A stretch of 64,000 nt of DNA from Candidatus Kryptonium sp. (GCA_025060635.1 JANXBN010000001.1:565284-629283); one strand, 5' to 3'. Counted from the first letter of the stretch, positions 1 through 9,959 are shown. Made by a program: numbers and translations. The notes: a model not told the origin generated them from the sequence alone.

Positions 1-129
1 TTTGTGATGAAAGCAGGAAAAATCGTTGAGTCAGGTATAATTGAAAAGATTTTTTACGAGCCAGACAATGAATATACCAAAAGATTGTTAAGTTCAGTTT
101 TAAGTATAAAAACTCAAAAGAAATTGTAA
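1..129 (+). CDS. C-terminal fragment of oligopeptide/dipeptide ABC transporter ATP-binding protein (5' truncated by window edge)
   Basis: Frame 1 reads FVMKAGKIVESGIIEKIFYEPDNEYTKRLLSSV...KL*, resembling the VM..G.IVE.G....IF..P...YT..LL tail of OppF/DppF ATPases. Confidence 0.7.
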   Translation, partial: FVMKAGKIVESGIIEKIFYEPDNEYTKRLLSSVLSIKTQKKL

Positions 130-130
130 A

Positions 131-1702
131 ATGAAATTATCCTCGGTTAACCCAGCAACGCTTGAAGTTATAGCTGAAATTGAAACAACTCCAATTGAAG
201 AAGTTTACAGGATTTCAAGAATTGCACAAGAAGCATTTAAAAAGTGGGCAAGCACAAGAATTGATGAAAGATTAACTCTTTTGAAAAACGCAAGGGAAAT
301 TATTTATAAAAATCGCGATGAAATTGCAAAGCTTATAACGCTTGAAAACGGCAAACCGATAGTTGAATCGTATTCTATGGAAATTTTTCCGACGCTTGAT
401 CTTTTTGATTATTACATCAAGAACGCTAAAAGAATTTTAAAACCAAGAAAGGTTCGCTCACAAATTCCGTTGTTTTGGGTAAAAAGAAATTACATTCATT
501 TTGAACCACTTGGGGTTGTTGCAGTGATTTCGCCATGGAATTATCCCTTGCTTCTTCCAATTGCACCGATTATATCAGCTCTTGTTGCGGGCAATTGTGT
601 TATATTTAAACCTTCGGAGTATACAAGCTTAATTGGTTTAAAAATTTATGAAGTTTTTAAGGAAGCTGGTTTTCCTGAAGGTGTCTTTAACATTGTTATT
701 GGTTATGGGGATGTTGGCGAAGCTCTTGTTAATTCTGAAGTTGATAAAATTTCGTTCACAGGTAGCACGAAAACGGGACGAATCATAATGCAAAACGCTT
801 CCAAAAAGCCTATTCCTGTGTCGCTTGAACTTGGTGGTAAAGATCCGATGATAGTTTTTGATGATGTGGATATTGATCTCGTTTCAAGTGCAGCTGTATG
901 GGGTGCGTTTGCGAATGCGGGGCAAACTTGTGTTTCTGTTGAGGTTTGTTATGTTCATGAGAAAATTTTTGATGTCTTCATTGAAAAAGTTGTTGAGAAA
1001 ACAAGAAAATTAAAAGTTGGCAATGGACTTGATCCAGATGTTGAGATCGGACCAATTAACAACGAGAAACAGTTTAGAATAATTGAAAACCAAGTTCAAG
1101 ATGCTGTTTTAAAAGGTGCAAGGATTTTAACAGGTGGAAAAAGAATTACTCCGAAAGACAAAAATGGAAATGAATTAAAAGGTTATTTCTTTGAACCAAC
1201 TGTTATAATTGATGTGGATAATTCAATGCTTTTGATGAAGGAGGAGACATTTGGACCGATTTTGCCAGTTGTAAAATTCAGTGATGAAGAAGAGGTTATC
1301 TGTATGGTGAATTCAAGTGAATATGGGCTTTCCGCAAGTGTGTGGACAAAGGATAGAAAAAGAGCAAAGAGGATTGTTGAAAAGATAAGATCTGGCTCTG
1401 TTCTTGTTAATGAGTGCGTAGTTCACTACGGCGATGCGAAAGCGCCATGCGGTGGTGTTAAGTCAAGTGGGTTTGGAAGAGTGCATTCTGAATTTGGGAT
1501 CTATGATATGGTCAATGTGAAGTTTGAAAGTTACGATTTTATTTCTCCCTATCGTTTGTGGTGGTTCGGTTATGATGTTAAGATTTTAAACACAATTAAA
1601 AAATCTATTGATTTTTTATACTCGCCATCGCTCGTTCAAAAGATAAAATCAGCACCATTTCTACTTTTAAACTTGTTTAGGGACGAGCAAAGCAAAGTGT
1701 AG
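131..1702 (+). CDS. NAD(P)-dependent aldehyde dehydrogenase
   Basis: ISPWNYP, FKPSE, FTGST, LELGGKD, catalytic AGQTC, EETFGP motifs; C-terminal WWF extension. Confidence 0.93.
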   Translation: MKLSSVNPATLEVIAEIETTPIEEVYRISRIAQEAFKKWASTRIDERLTLLKNAREIIYKNRDEIAKLITLENGKPIVESYSMEIFPTLDLFDYYIKNAKRILKPRKVRSQIPLFWVKRNYIHFEPLGVVAVISPWNYPLLLPIAPIISALVAGNCVIFKPSEYTSLIGLKIYEVFKEAGFPEGVFNIVIGYGDVGEALVNSEVDKISFTGSTKTGRIIMQNASKKPIPVSLELGGKDPMIVFDDVDIDLVSSAAVWGAFANAGQTCVSVEVCYVHEKIFDVFIEKVVEKTRKLKVGNGLDPDVEIGPINNEKQFRIIENQVQDAVLKGARILTGGKRITPKDKNGNELKGYFFEPTVIIDVDNSMLLMKEETFGPILPVVKFSDEEEVICMVNSSEYGLSASVWTKDRKRAKRIVEKIRSGSVLVNECVVHYGDAKAPCGGVKSSGFGRVHSEFGIYDMVNVKFESYDFISPYRLWWFGYDVKILNTIKKSIDFLYSPSLVQKIKSAPFLLLNLFRDEQSKV

Positions 1703-1829
1703 ATTTTTGAAGTAAACAAATAATAGAGAGATGGTTGCTTCATTCCCCGAAGGGAAGTTTTAAGCGATCCAACTTTAATTTGGCTTATTTGAATAATTTT
1801 GATATTTTTTCAAACAAAAACCGACCCCG

Positions 1830-2711
1830 TTGAAAATGAAGAAGTGCTTGATAGGTATACTTCTGTTTTACTTGATATTTATTTTTGAAGTTCTATCTCA
1901 AGTAGAGGTTTCTGATGATCTGGGAAGAAAATTAAGGTTTGATGAACCACCAAGCCGGATCGTATCCCTCGCTCCAAGCATTACAGAAACTCTTTATTTT
2001 CTCTCGCTCGGGGATAAAGTTGTTGGCGTCACAAGATATTGTAATTTCCCACCAGAAGCTCAAAAGAAAACAATAATCGGAGGTGTGATAGACCCAAATT
2101 ATGAAATTATAGCTTCGCTTAAACCTGACTTGATAATAATGACGGTTGAGGGCAATACTCGTGAAAGCTTTAACAAATTATCTGAACTCGGGTTTAAAAT
2201 TTTTGTGACTAATCCGAGAAATTTTAACGGGATTTTCAAAACGATACTTGATTTTGGAAAGATATTTGGAATTGAATCAAAAGCAAAGCATCTCGTTGAT
2301 AGTTTAAGAGCAGAACTTGATAAAGTAAGAAAGCTTAACATCGTTGAAAAGAAGCCTAAAATTTTTGTGGTTCTCTCACTGAATCCGTTGATGACGGCTG
2401 GGAAAAATACATTCATAAATGAAATAATTGAAAGAGCAGGCGGGTTAAACATCGCTGGAACTTTGAAGCAAAATTATCCGATACTCAATCGTGAGGAAAT
2501 TTTGAAAGTTAATCCCGATATAATAATTTTAACTGAATCAAATGTAGAAAGAGACGAACTTTTAAGGCAATTTCCAGAGTGGAAACATATAAATGCGATA
2601 AGAGAAAACAAAGTTTTTAAAGTTGATCCCGACATTTTATTTCGTCCATCGCCAAGAGTTATTCTCGCTACAAAGATAATTGCTCAGATGATAAACAAAT
2701 CTTCAAAATAA
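1830..2711 (+). CDS. btuF: Cobalamin/Fe-siderophore ABC transporter periplasmic binding protein (BtuF-like)
   Basis: Signal peptide; RIVSLAPSITE, E.I..LKPDL, RPSPR motifs. Confidence 0.8.
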   Translation: MKMKKCLIGILLFYLIFIFEVLSQVEVSDDLGRKLRFDEPPSRIVSLAPSITETLYFLSLGDKVVGVTRYCNFPPEAQKKTIIGGVIDPNYEIIASLKPDLIIMTVEGNTRESFNKLSELGFKIFVTNPRNFNGIFKTILDFGKIFGIESKAKHLVDSLRAELDKVRKLNIVEKKPKIFVVLSLNPLMTAGKNTFINEIIERAGGLNIAGTLKQNYPILNREEILKVNPDIIILTESNVERDELLRQFPEWKHINAIRENKVFKVDPDILFRPSPRVILATKIIAQMINKSSK

Positions 2712-2724
2712 AAGTGAAATCTGA

Positions 2725-3384
2725 ATGAAAAAAGAAAAGGTATTTGTTGCTGTTGCTGGAAATATCGGATCTGGAAAGTCATCGCTCACAAAACTTTTGA
2801 GCGAACACTTTGGATGGAAAGCTTATTATGAATCAGTTGATGATAATCCGTATCTTGATGATTTTTACAAAGATATGAAGCGTTGGTCTTTTAATTTGCA
2901 GATCTATTTTCTGTCTAAGAGATTCAAAGATCATATGGAGATTGTGAATTCGCCTTATTCAATAATTCAGGACAGATCAATTTATGAGGATGCGGAGATA
3001 TTTGCTAAGAATCTTTACGAGATGGGCAACATGGATGAGCGCGACTACAGAAATTATGTTGAACTATTCAAAATTATGACGAGTTTTCTTAAACCCCCAG
3101 ACCTTATAATTTACCTTCGTGCAAATGTTGATACTCTTATTAAACAAATTAAACTTCGCGGGAGATCTTTTGAGCAAAACATCCCTCGTGAATATCTTGA
3201 GCGACTCAACAAACATTATGAAGATTGGGTAGCAAGATATAATTTAGGGAGAATGTTAATACTTGAAACAGACGATATTGATTTTGTGAATGACAAGACT
3301 GACTTTCAAAAGGTTATAGAAATCGTTAGAGAGGAGCTTAAAAATCTCGGTTTTGAAATTAAAAATAAAACATTGCAAGAGTAA
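2725..3384 (+). CDS. Deoxynucleoside kinase (dGK/dAK family)
   Basis: GNIGSGKS P-loop, DRSIYED, LIIYL, RGR lid, YLERLNKHYE. Confidence 0.92.
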   Translation: MKKEKVFVAVAGNIGSGKSSLTKLLSEHFGWKAYYESVDDNPYLDDFYKDMKRWSFNLQIYFLSKRFKDHMEIVNSPYSIIQDRSIYEDAEIFAKNLYEMGNMDERDYRNYVELFKIMTSFLKPPDLIIYLRANVDTLIKQIKLRGRSFEQNIPREYLERLNKHYEDWVARYNLGRMLILETDDIDFVNDKTDFQKVIEIVREELKNLGFEIKNKTLQE

Positions 3385-3987
3385 ATGAAATATCTCGTGA
3401 TTGATGTTGAGTCAACAGGTCTTGAACCGGGTTATCATGAGATAATTCAACTTGGAGCCTGTTTGTTTGATGAAAATTGGAATCAGCTTGGGACTTTTTT
3501 GACGAATGTTTATCCACTTCATGAGGATAGATTTTCAATTACAGCGATGGGTGTTCATCAACTTTCGCTTCATGATCTTAAGGATGCGCCGATGATTTAT
3601 GATGTGATCCCTAAATTTGAGGCGTGGATATTAAGGACACTTAAAAAACCTGATACCGCAAGGTCCGCTTTAAAAGATCTGGTGCTTTGTGGGCAAAGCG
3701 TGACTTTTGATATAAATTTTCTTCATTTCGCATATAGAGAAGCGAAGTTTGATTGGCCGTTTTCAAGCAAAGTTCTTGATCTGCATATTCTCGCTTTCTA
3801 TTACTTTACAATTTTAAAAAATAACAACTTGCCAACCCCGAGATCATTAAGTTTAGATTCAATCGCTGAATATTTTGGTCTCAGGAGAAAATCTGAAGGT
3901 CACAACGCACTTGAAGATGCCCTTATAACAGCAAAATGTATCGCTATAATAATGAATGAATCAAAAAAATTTAAGATTCAACCTTGA
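3385..3987 (+). CDS. DEDDh 3'-5' exonuclease (DnaQ-like)
   Basis: ExoI IDVESTG, ExoII FDINF, ExoIII HNALEDA all intact. Confidence 0.88.
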   Translation: MKYLVIDVESTGLEPGYHEIIQLGACLFDENWNQLGTFLTNVYPLHEDRFSITAMGVHQLSLHDLKDAPMIYDVIPKFEAWILRTLKKPDTARSALKDLVLCGQSVTFDINFLHFAYREAKFDWPFSSKVLDLHILAFYYFTILKNNNLPTPRSLSLDSIAEYFGLRRKSEGHNALEDALITAKCIAIIMNESKKFKIQP

Positions 3988-4607
3988 TAAGGGTTCATGA
4001 CATAACTTTAAAAGGCGAGAAAACACTTCTTCGTCCTTTTACACAGGATGATCTTGAAATGGCATTTGAGTGGAATAACGATCCTCTTGTTCTTGAAGCT
4101 GAAGGAGAGCCAGAACATACTTGGGATGAAGTTGTTGAAGTTTATGAATATCTCTCAAATAATGGGTTTCTTTTCATAATTGAAGCAACCGACCTTGCGA
4201 AGCCAGAGCCAATTGGTGAAATTTGTCTTCTTTATGACGATGACTATGAACGACTTGGTGTTAAGGATAGAAATGAAATTATCTATTGTATACCGATACT
4301 TATTGGTAAACCGCAATACTGGGGCAAGGGATATGGGAAGGATGCGATAAAAACGATTTTAAAATTCGCTTTTGAAGTCATGAAAGCGGATAGAGTTTTT
4401 GCAACCGATATCTTCTCGTTCAGCGAAAGATCAATTCGGCTTTTTAACTCTCTTGGATTTGATGAGGTTAGGAGAGATAAAAATAGAATTTATTATAGGG
4501 GCAAATATTATGACGTAGTTGATTTCTGTATCACGAAGGAAAAGTATTTTCGCTTGAATAGAAGCGCGGTTGGTAATCAAAATTTTCCGGACAAAGAAGT
4601 CAGATGA
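3984..4607 (+). CDS. GNAT family N-acetyltransferase (RimJ/RimL-like)
   Basis: LRPFTQDD, YWGKGYGKDA acetyl-CoA motif, SIRLFNSLGF. Confidence 0.85.
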   Translation: MIRVHDITLKGEKTLLRPFTQDDLEMAFEWNNDPLVLEAEGEPEHTWDEVVEVYEYLSNNGFLFIIEATDLAKPEPIGEICLLYDDDYERLGVKDRNEIIYCIPILIGKPQYWGKGYGKDAIKTILKFAFEVMKADRVFATDIFSFSERSIRLFNSLGFDEVRRDKNRIYYRGKYYDVVDFCITKEKYFRLNRSAVGNQNFPDKEVR

Positions 4608-7033
4608 AGATCGCTTTTTTATTTGAATCTGAACCTACCTCTGAACAAATTCAGGCATATAAATGGGTCAGGGCGAGAACTGGTTGTGCCTTTAAAGTTG
4701 AAGTTGAAAAAATTTTTGAAACGAACTTAAATGATTTTAATATAATTTGGTGGCACTACGACAAAAATTTTACACTTCCAGATTTTGCAAGGGACGAGAA
4801 TTTTAAATCGGTTATAACTGATTTTCTAAATCATGGGGGTAATTTGCTTTTAACTTTGTCCGCGATGAAGCTCTTAAATGAAATCGAGATTGAACCGATA
4901 GAACCTGATTTTGAAAGTTTTGAACTTAAATCTGAAATTCCGATTGGATTTGTTTCTTTTTTCGGTCATCCTGTTTTTAGGAAATTAAAAAATGGTGTTG
5001 ATGTATTTCTCGCAAAGCGAGTTGATAAATTCTTAACTATTGCTTATGTGAAGCGAGCGCCAGAAAAGTTAAGGATAGTTGCCGTTGAAAAATTAGGTAG
5101 AAAGATAAATTACGATAAGAAAATTTTGTTTGAATATGAAAACGGAGGCAGAGTAATAGCAATAGGTGGAAATGTTTATTTTTCTGCACTTGATAATCCG
5201 TTCTTTCACAATCTTGATCGGCTTGTTCTGAACTCGCTTCTTTATTTAAACAATCCAAAAAAGTTTCCCGAACCGAGAACATATTGGATTTTTAGTGGTA
5301 AAATTGAAAAAGTTGATCTCGCAATTGAACAAAAAGCGTTGAGAACTGCACATAAAAAAATAGGTGATAAGCACACTGGTCTTTCATTTGAAGATGGTCA
5401 AGATTTTCTTGTGCAAGGCGATAAAATTTATGCAAAGGTTTCAGGTATTGAAATAGAGCAAATATCAATCCCACCGTTTCAGTTGATTGACAGATTCAAA
5501 ATTTATGTCAAAAGCGAAGAAAAATTCATATCGCCGGAAAGTGCACAAATTAGATTCAAACCAGAATCACTTTTGATGGAATTTGAAATTGATAATGTGA
5601 AATTTAAAGAGACGATATTTGCGCATCCGAAAAAGCCAGCTTTGATTTTAAATTTTCTCATAACCTCGGAAAGAGATTTTGAAATTTGTCTTGAGATTAA
5701 AATCTCGCCGAAAATTTTGAATCTATCAACTATACCACTTAAAGACTTTTTCTATGGATGCGAAGAAAAACTGAAATGTGTTTATGTGTTAAATGATAAA
5801 CTTTTTGCTTTGTTTCTGGGTAGTCCAAAGAGGTTTGAGTTATTTGATTTCAGAGTTGAGGATGATTTAAGGGTTAAAATCTATTACCGAATTTCTTCTG
5901 GCGTTGAAAAAGCATTTAATTTTGCAATTGTTGGCGATGTGAAACATCCATCTTCAAATGAAGATATCGCAAAAAGCGCAAAAGAAATCTATAAATACGC
6001 ACTCGTTTTTGCCCATAAGGTATTTAAAGAAAATTTAAAATCTGTAAAAGATGGATTCAGGAAGCGACTTTTAATTTTAACACCTGATGAGGAATTTAAC
6101 AGAAATTTCAAGATTGCTTTATCTTGTTTCCCAAAGTTTGTGAAAAATGTTAAGGGTCTCGGCAATTTCCTTGTTGATGATTTGAACGATGAAATTGTGG
6201 ATTATGGAAAAGTTTTGCAGATTCTTCCTTTGATGTTAAAAATTGGTGAATATGAAATTGTAAGAGACACGCTTGAATTTGGTGGAAGATGTATGAGTTT
6301 AAATGGGGAGATACCATCGGTGTTATCGCTATCGGGGACTTTTGAGTATGAAAGAGATTTGAGAACAGAATATATCAAAGTTTGTGCTGAATATCTCCGC
6401 TCTTCAAAAGATAAACTTTTTGCGAAGTTCACTTGGCAAAGGTTGAAAAAAATGATTGAGAACTGTAAAGTTGCCGATCTCGGGAAAGATGTGGTTGACT
6501 CACTTCTTTTATTTGCAAAAGTTTTGAAGGATGAAGCGTGGATTAAAAAATTGAGCGATCTGGAAGTAGAAGAAAAACATCATAGAAATTTTAATAAGGA
6601 AAGTTTTGAAGATGTTCTTGATGTTAACTCAGCAATTTCGCTCGGAATGTTCATTGGCAATGTTTTGAGGAGGTATTGTATTTTTGATGTTGATTCATTT
6701 GAGAAAAAAATTTATTTTTCACCGCTAATTACGGAAAGTTGGGAATTTTGGGAGATCAGAAACTTGAGAATACAAAATATGAGGTTGAATGTCTCGTTGA
6801 AAAGAGAAGGAAACTTCATGCGATTTTGGTTTAGAAAAAAGGATCTGCCCGAGGTCAAAATTATTTTTGAGCCAAGATTTGAAGAAAAAATTTGGATTGA
6901 AAAAGTTTTAATTGAGGATAAATTAGTTGAAAATTTAAAAGTTGACGAAAGCGGGGCTTGGTTAGAGTTTTCTTTTAGATTTGAGAAGGAAGTAAAAATT
7001 TTTTTCAAGAGAATCTCGCTTGAAAAATCTTGA
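4604..7033 (+). CDS. Large hypothetical protein; N-terminal amidotransferase-like/DUF4960-like region plus divergent glycogen-debranching-like C-terminal region
   Basis: 809-aa ORF overlapping the upstream gene (ATGA); WWH..., GGNLLLT motif; glycosidase assignment is weak. Confidence 0.45.
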   Translation: MKIAFLFESEPTSEQIQAYKWVRARTGCAFKVEVEKIFETNLNDFNIIWWHYDKNFTLPDFARDENFKSVITDFLNHGGNLLLTLSAMKLLNEIEIEPIEPDFESFELKSEIPIGFVSFFGHPVFRKLKNGVDVFLAKRVDKFLTIAYVKRAPEKLRIVAVEKLGRKINYDKKILFEYENGGRVIAIGGNVYFSALDNPFFHNLDRLVLNSLLYLNNPKKFPEPRTYWIFSGKIEKVDLAIEQKALRTAHKKIGDKHTGLSFEDGQDFLVQGDKIYAKVSGIEIEQISIPPFQLIDRFKIYVKSEEKFISPESAQIRFKPESLLMEFEIDNVKFKETIFAHPKKPALILNFLITSERDFEICLEIKISPKILNLSTIPLKDFFYGCEEKLKCVYVLNDKLFALFLGSPKRFELFDFRVEDDLRVKIYYRISSGVEKAFNFAIVGDVKHPSSNEDIAKSAKEIYKYALVFAHKVFKENLKSVKDGFRKRLLILTPDEEFNRNFKIALSCFPKFVKNVKGLGNFLVDDLNDEIVDYGKVLQILPLMLKIGEYEIVRDTLEFGGRCMSLNGEIPSVLSLSGTFEYERDLRTEYIKVCAEYLRSSKDKLFAKFTWQRLKKMIENCKVADLGKDVVDSLLLFAKVLKDEAWIKKLSDLEVEEKHHRNFNKESFEDVLDVNSAISLGMFIGNVLRRYCIFDVDSFEKKIYFSPLITESWEFWEIRNLRIQNMRLNVSLKREGNFMRFWFRKKDLPEVKIIFEPRFEEKIWIEKVLIEDKLVENLKVDESGAWLEFSFRFEKEVKIFFKRISLEKS

Positions 7034-7627
7034 TGGAAGCATAAAAGGGTTTTTATGGAGAGAAAGCCCAAAATTTTGTCCCAATCTATTTGCGACTATG
7101 TCCCTCTCGTCTCTGGTGAGATTTAATCCAATTTTTTCACCTTCTTCAATAAGTAATCCTATTTTATCTGCGGTTCTTCTGCCAGCATTTTTGTAGGCAA
7201 TATAAGCGGAAAAGAAGAAGTGTTGGAGCTTATCTTTATCGTCAATGGTATCGGAGAAAATTTTTGAGGGTAGATTTTTGATCCTTTTTTCGTAATTTTC
7301 TTCGCTTTCTGAAGTTAATAGTAGTGGAATTTTAATACCTACAAGCGGGATCTTAAAATTAATTTTTCTATGGCTTAGGGTTGCAAAACCACAAACAAGG
7401 AGGGCGCTTTCAATGTCGTAATCGCACAGGACGAGAGATTTTTTGTATATCAGGTCAATGGAGTAGACATCGCCAAGTTTTACTTTAAGATTTTTGAATT
7501 CTTCACTTCGTATGAAGTTGCGCAGTTTATGAACAATTGAAATTTTATTGTCAATGATGGGTTGAGAATTTGCGTATGAAATCAGGGTTAAAATGATTAG
7601 AAATTTAAGTCTGTATAACACCGACAT
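6962..7627 (-). CDS. Secreted hypothetical protein (likely start at 7627, MSVLYRLKFLII)
   Basis: Last gene of a long minus-strand run; N-terminal hydrophobic signal; DKLQHF and D..AN..G motifs. Confidence 0.55.
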   Translation of the reverse strand: MSVLYRLKFLIILTLISYANSQPIIDNKISIVHKLRNFIRSEEFKNLKVKLGDVYSIDLIYKKSLVLCDYDIESALLVCGFATLSHRKINFKIPLVGIKIPLLLTSESEENYEKRIKNLPSKIFSDTIDDKDKLQHFFFSAYIAYKNAGRRTADKIGLLIEEGEKIGLNLTRDERDIVANRLGQNFGLSLHKNPFMLPSRFFKRDSLEKNFYFLLKSKRKL

Positions 7628-9263
7628 TAAATTTTGGGATATATGGATTGTTATTTGCGATCTCAATTCCTCTGGATATAATTTTTCTTGTTTCAAGTGG
7701 GTCAATTATTCCGTCAACCCAAAGTCGTGCGGCTGCGAAAAGCGGTTCCATTTCTTTCTCGTATTTATCTTGAATTTCTTTGAGAAGTTTTTCTTGTTCT
7801 TCTTTTGTTATTACCTTTCCCTCCTTTTCCATTTGTGAGAGTTTAATGCTTAATAATGTTTCGCTTGCTTGTTTTCCGCCCATGACTGCGATTTGTGCGG
7901 TTGGCCATGCGAAAATAAATCTCGGGTCATAAGCTTTTCCGCACATTGCGTAGTTGCCAGCACCAAAGCTATTGCCAATTATGAATGTAAATTTTGGAAC
8001 AGTGCTATTGGCGACAGCGTTTACCATCTTTGCTCCGTCTTTTATTATTCCGCCCCATTCGGCTTTTTTCCCGACCATGAAACCAGTGACATCTTGAAAG
8101 AAGACGAGAGGGATTTTCTTTTGATTGCAATTCATAATAAACCTTGCAGCTTTATCAGCGCTATCGGAGTAGATTACTCCGCCGACTTGCATTTCTCCAA
8201 GTTTAGTTTTAACTACGGATCTTTGATTTGCAACTATTCCGACAGACCAACCATCAATTCTCGCATATGCACAAATTATAGTTTTTCCATATCCTGCTTT
8301 ATATTCGTCAATTTCACTATCGTCAACTATTCTCGCAAGGACTTCATACATATCATAGGGTCTTGAGATATCCTTTGGAATTATTCCGTAAATTTCTTCG
8401 GGATCATATTTGGGTGGTCTGGGTTCAACGCGGTTAAATCCAGCTTTTGGGGTTTCGCCGAGCTTTGAAATTATGCTTCTTATGGTTTCAAGCGCTTCTT
8501 CATCGTTTTTACATTTGTAATCCGTCACTCCGCTTATTTCACTATGAACGACTGCGCCACCAAGGGTTTCAATATCAATTTCTTCACCTATTGCAGCTTT
8601 TACGAGATGTGGTCCTGCAAGAAATACACTTCCAGTTCCCTCAACTATCAAGGCCTCATCACTCATTATAGGAAGATAAGCACCGCCAGCAACGCAAGGA
8701 CCCATAATTGCAGCGATTTGAGGAATCCCCATTGAAGACATTATTGCATTATTTCTGAAGATCCTTCCGAAATGTTCTTTATCTGGGAAGATTTCGCTTT
8801 GAAGTGGTAAGAAGACGCCAGCGGAGTCAACAAGGTAAACTATCGGAATTCTATTTTCCATTGCGATTTCCTGTGCTCTGAGATTCTTCTTGCAAGTTAT
8901 GGGGAACCAAGCTCCAGCTTTAACTGTCGCATCATTTGCGACAATTACAACATCTCGTCCGTGGATTTTTCCAATTCCGACGACGACACCGCCAGATGGT
9001 GCTCCTCCGTATTCTTCATACATTCCGTAACCAGCGAACAGACCGATCTCAATAAATTCTGAATTCGGATCAATTAATTTCTGAATTCTTTCCCTTGCTG
9101 TTAACTTTCCCCTTTTGTGGTGTTTTTCAATTGCTTCTTTACCACCACCAAGTTTTATCTGTTCAGCTTTTGCATTTAAAATTCTTAACAGATTTTTAAG
9201 ATTGTCTTCGTTTTCGTAAAAATTCTGATCCTTTTTTATCTGGCTTCCGATTGCTTTTGGCAT
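7605..9263 (-). CDS. Acyl-CoA carboxylase carboxyltransferase subunit (methylcrotonyl-CoA carboxylase beta-like)
   Basis: GKLTARERI, ANDATVKAG, LVDSAG, GPCVAGGAY, FGAGNYAMCG, AARLWVDGII. Confidence 0.9.
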   Translation of the reverse strand: MPKAIGSQIKKDQNFYENEDNLKNLLRILNAKAEQIKLGGGKEAIEKHHKRGKLTARERIQKLIDPNSEFIEIGLFAGYGMYEEYGGAPSGGVVVGIGKIHGRDVVIVANDATVKAGAWFPITCKKNLRAQEIAMENRIPIVYLVDSAGVFLPLQSEIFPDKEHFGRIFRNNAIMSSMGIPQIAAIMGPCVAGGAYLPIMSDEALIVEGTGSVFLAGPHLVKAAIGEEIDIETLGGAVVHSEISGVTDYKCKNDEEALETIRSIISKLGETPKAGFNRVEPRPPKYDPEEIYGIIPKDISRPYDMYEVLARIVDDSEIDEYKAGYGKTIICAYARIDGWSVGIVANQRSVVKTKLGEMQVGGVIYSDSADKAARFIMNCNQKKIPLVFFQDVTGFMVGKKAEWGGIIKDGAKMVNAVANSTVPKFTFIIGNSFGAGNYAMCGKAYDPRFIFAWPTAQIAVMGGKQASETLLSIKLSQMEKEGKVITKEEQEKLLKEIQDKYEKEMEPLFAAARLWVDGIIDPLETRKIISRGIEIANNNPYIPKFNVGVIQT

Positions 9264-9273
9264 TTTATGATAT

Positions 9274-9933
9274 TTACTTTTGCTTTAGATATTTTTTCTC
9301 AATTTCGGTGATTTTGTTCAATCTCTGGAGATGTCTTCCACCTCCGAAGTTGGTCTCAAGGAAAACCTTTATTATTTCCTTTGCAAGTTCGCTCCCGATC
9401 ACTCTAGCGCCAAGTGTTAAGACATTTGCGTCGTTGTGTTCTCTACTTATCTTTGCAGTAAATTCATTATGACAACATGCTGCTCTTATTCCGGGAACTT
9501 TGTTAGCGACAATTGATGATGCAACACCGGTGCCATCAATCATTATCCCACGCCAAGCTTTTCCAGAGATAATAGAATACGCAACTGCATAGGCAAAATC
9601 AGGGTAATCAACCGATGATTCAGAATTTGTCCCAAGATCAAGGACTGAATAGCCAAGATCAGAAATAAATTTTTTTAGTTCCTCTTTGAGTTTAAAACCG
9701 GCGTGATCGCTGGCGATTGCAACTATCTTTTTACCATCTGCTTTTGGTTCTGGTTTTAATGGATAATCAAATTTTTGAGGAGTATCGCTTTTTTCAATAA
9801 ATTTGATTCTCAATTGAAGTGCTTTATCTCTTGCGGATGGCGTAACAATTGTATTTTTGTCAATTTCAATTTCCGTTTTTCCTTGGTTGAAAAAATCAAC
9901 TACTGTTTTTTCTGTTATAAGTTTTTTGGGCAT
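9274..9933 (-). CDS. rpiB: Ribose-5-phosphate isomerase B with ~65-aa N-terminal extension
   Basis: ASDHAG, DYPD, REHNDANVL, GGRHLQR; catalytic region reads IDGTG. Confidence 0.88.
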   Translation of the reverse strand: MPKKLITEKTVVDFFNQGKTEIEIDKNTIVTPSARDKALQLRIKFIEKSDTPQKFDYPLKPEPKADGKKIVAIASDHAGFKLKEELKKFISDLGYSVLDLGTNSESSVDYPDFAYAVAYSIISGKAWRGIMIDGTGVASSIVANKVPGIRAACCHNEFTAKISREHNDANVLTLGARVIGSELAKEIIKVFLETNFGGGRHLQRLNKITEIEKKYLKQK

Positions 9934-9959
9934 TCACGGAGATGGTTTAATTTTTAAGA

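Noticed and set aside
1703-1829. Canonical cobalamin riboswitch before btuF
   Set aside because: Only a GGGAA is present; no B12-box or four-way-junction elements are recognisable.
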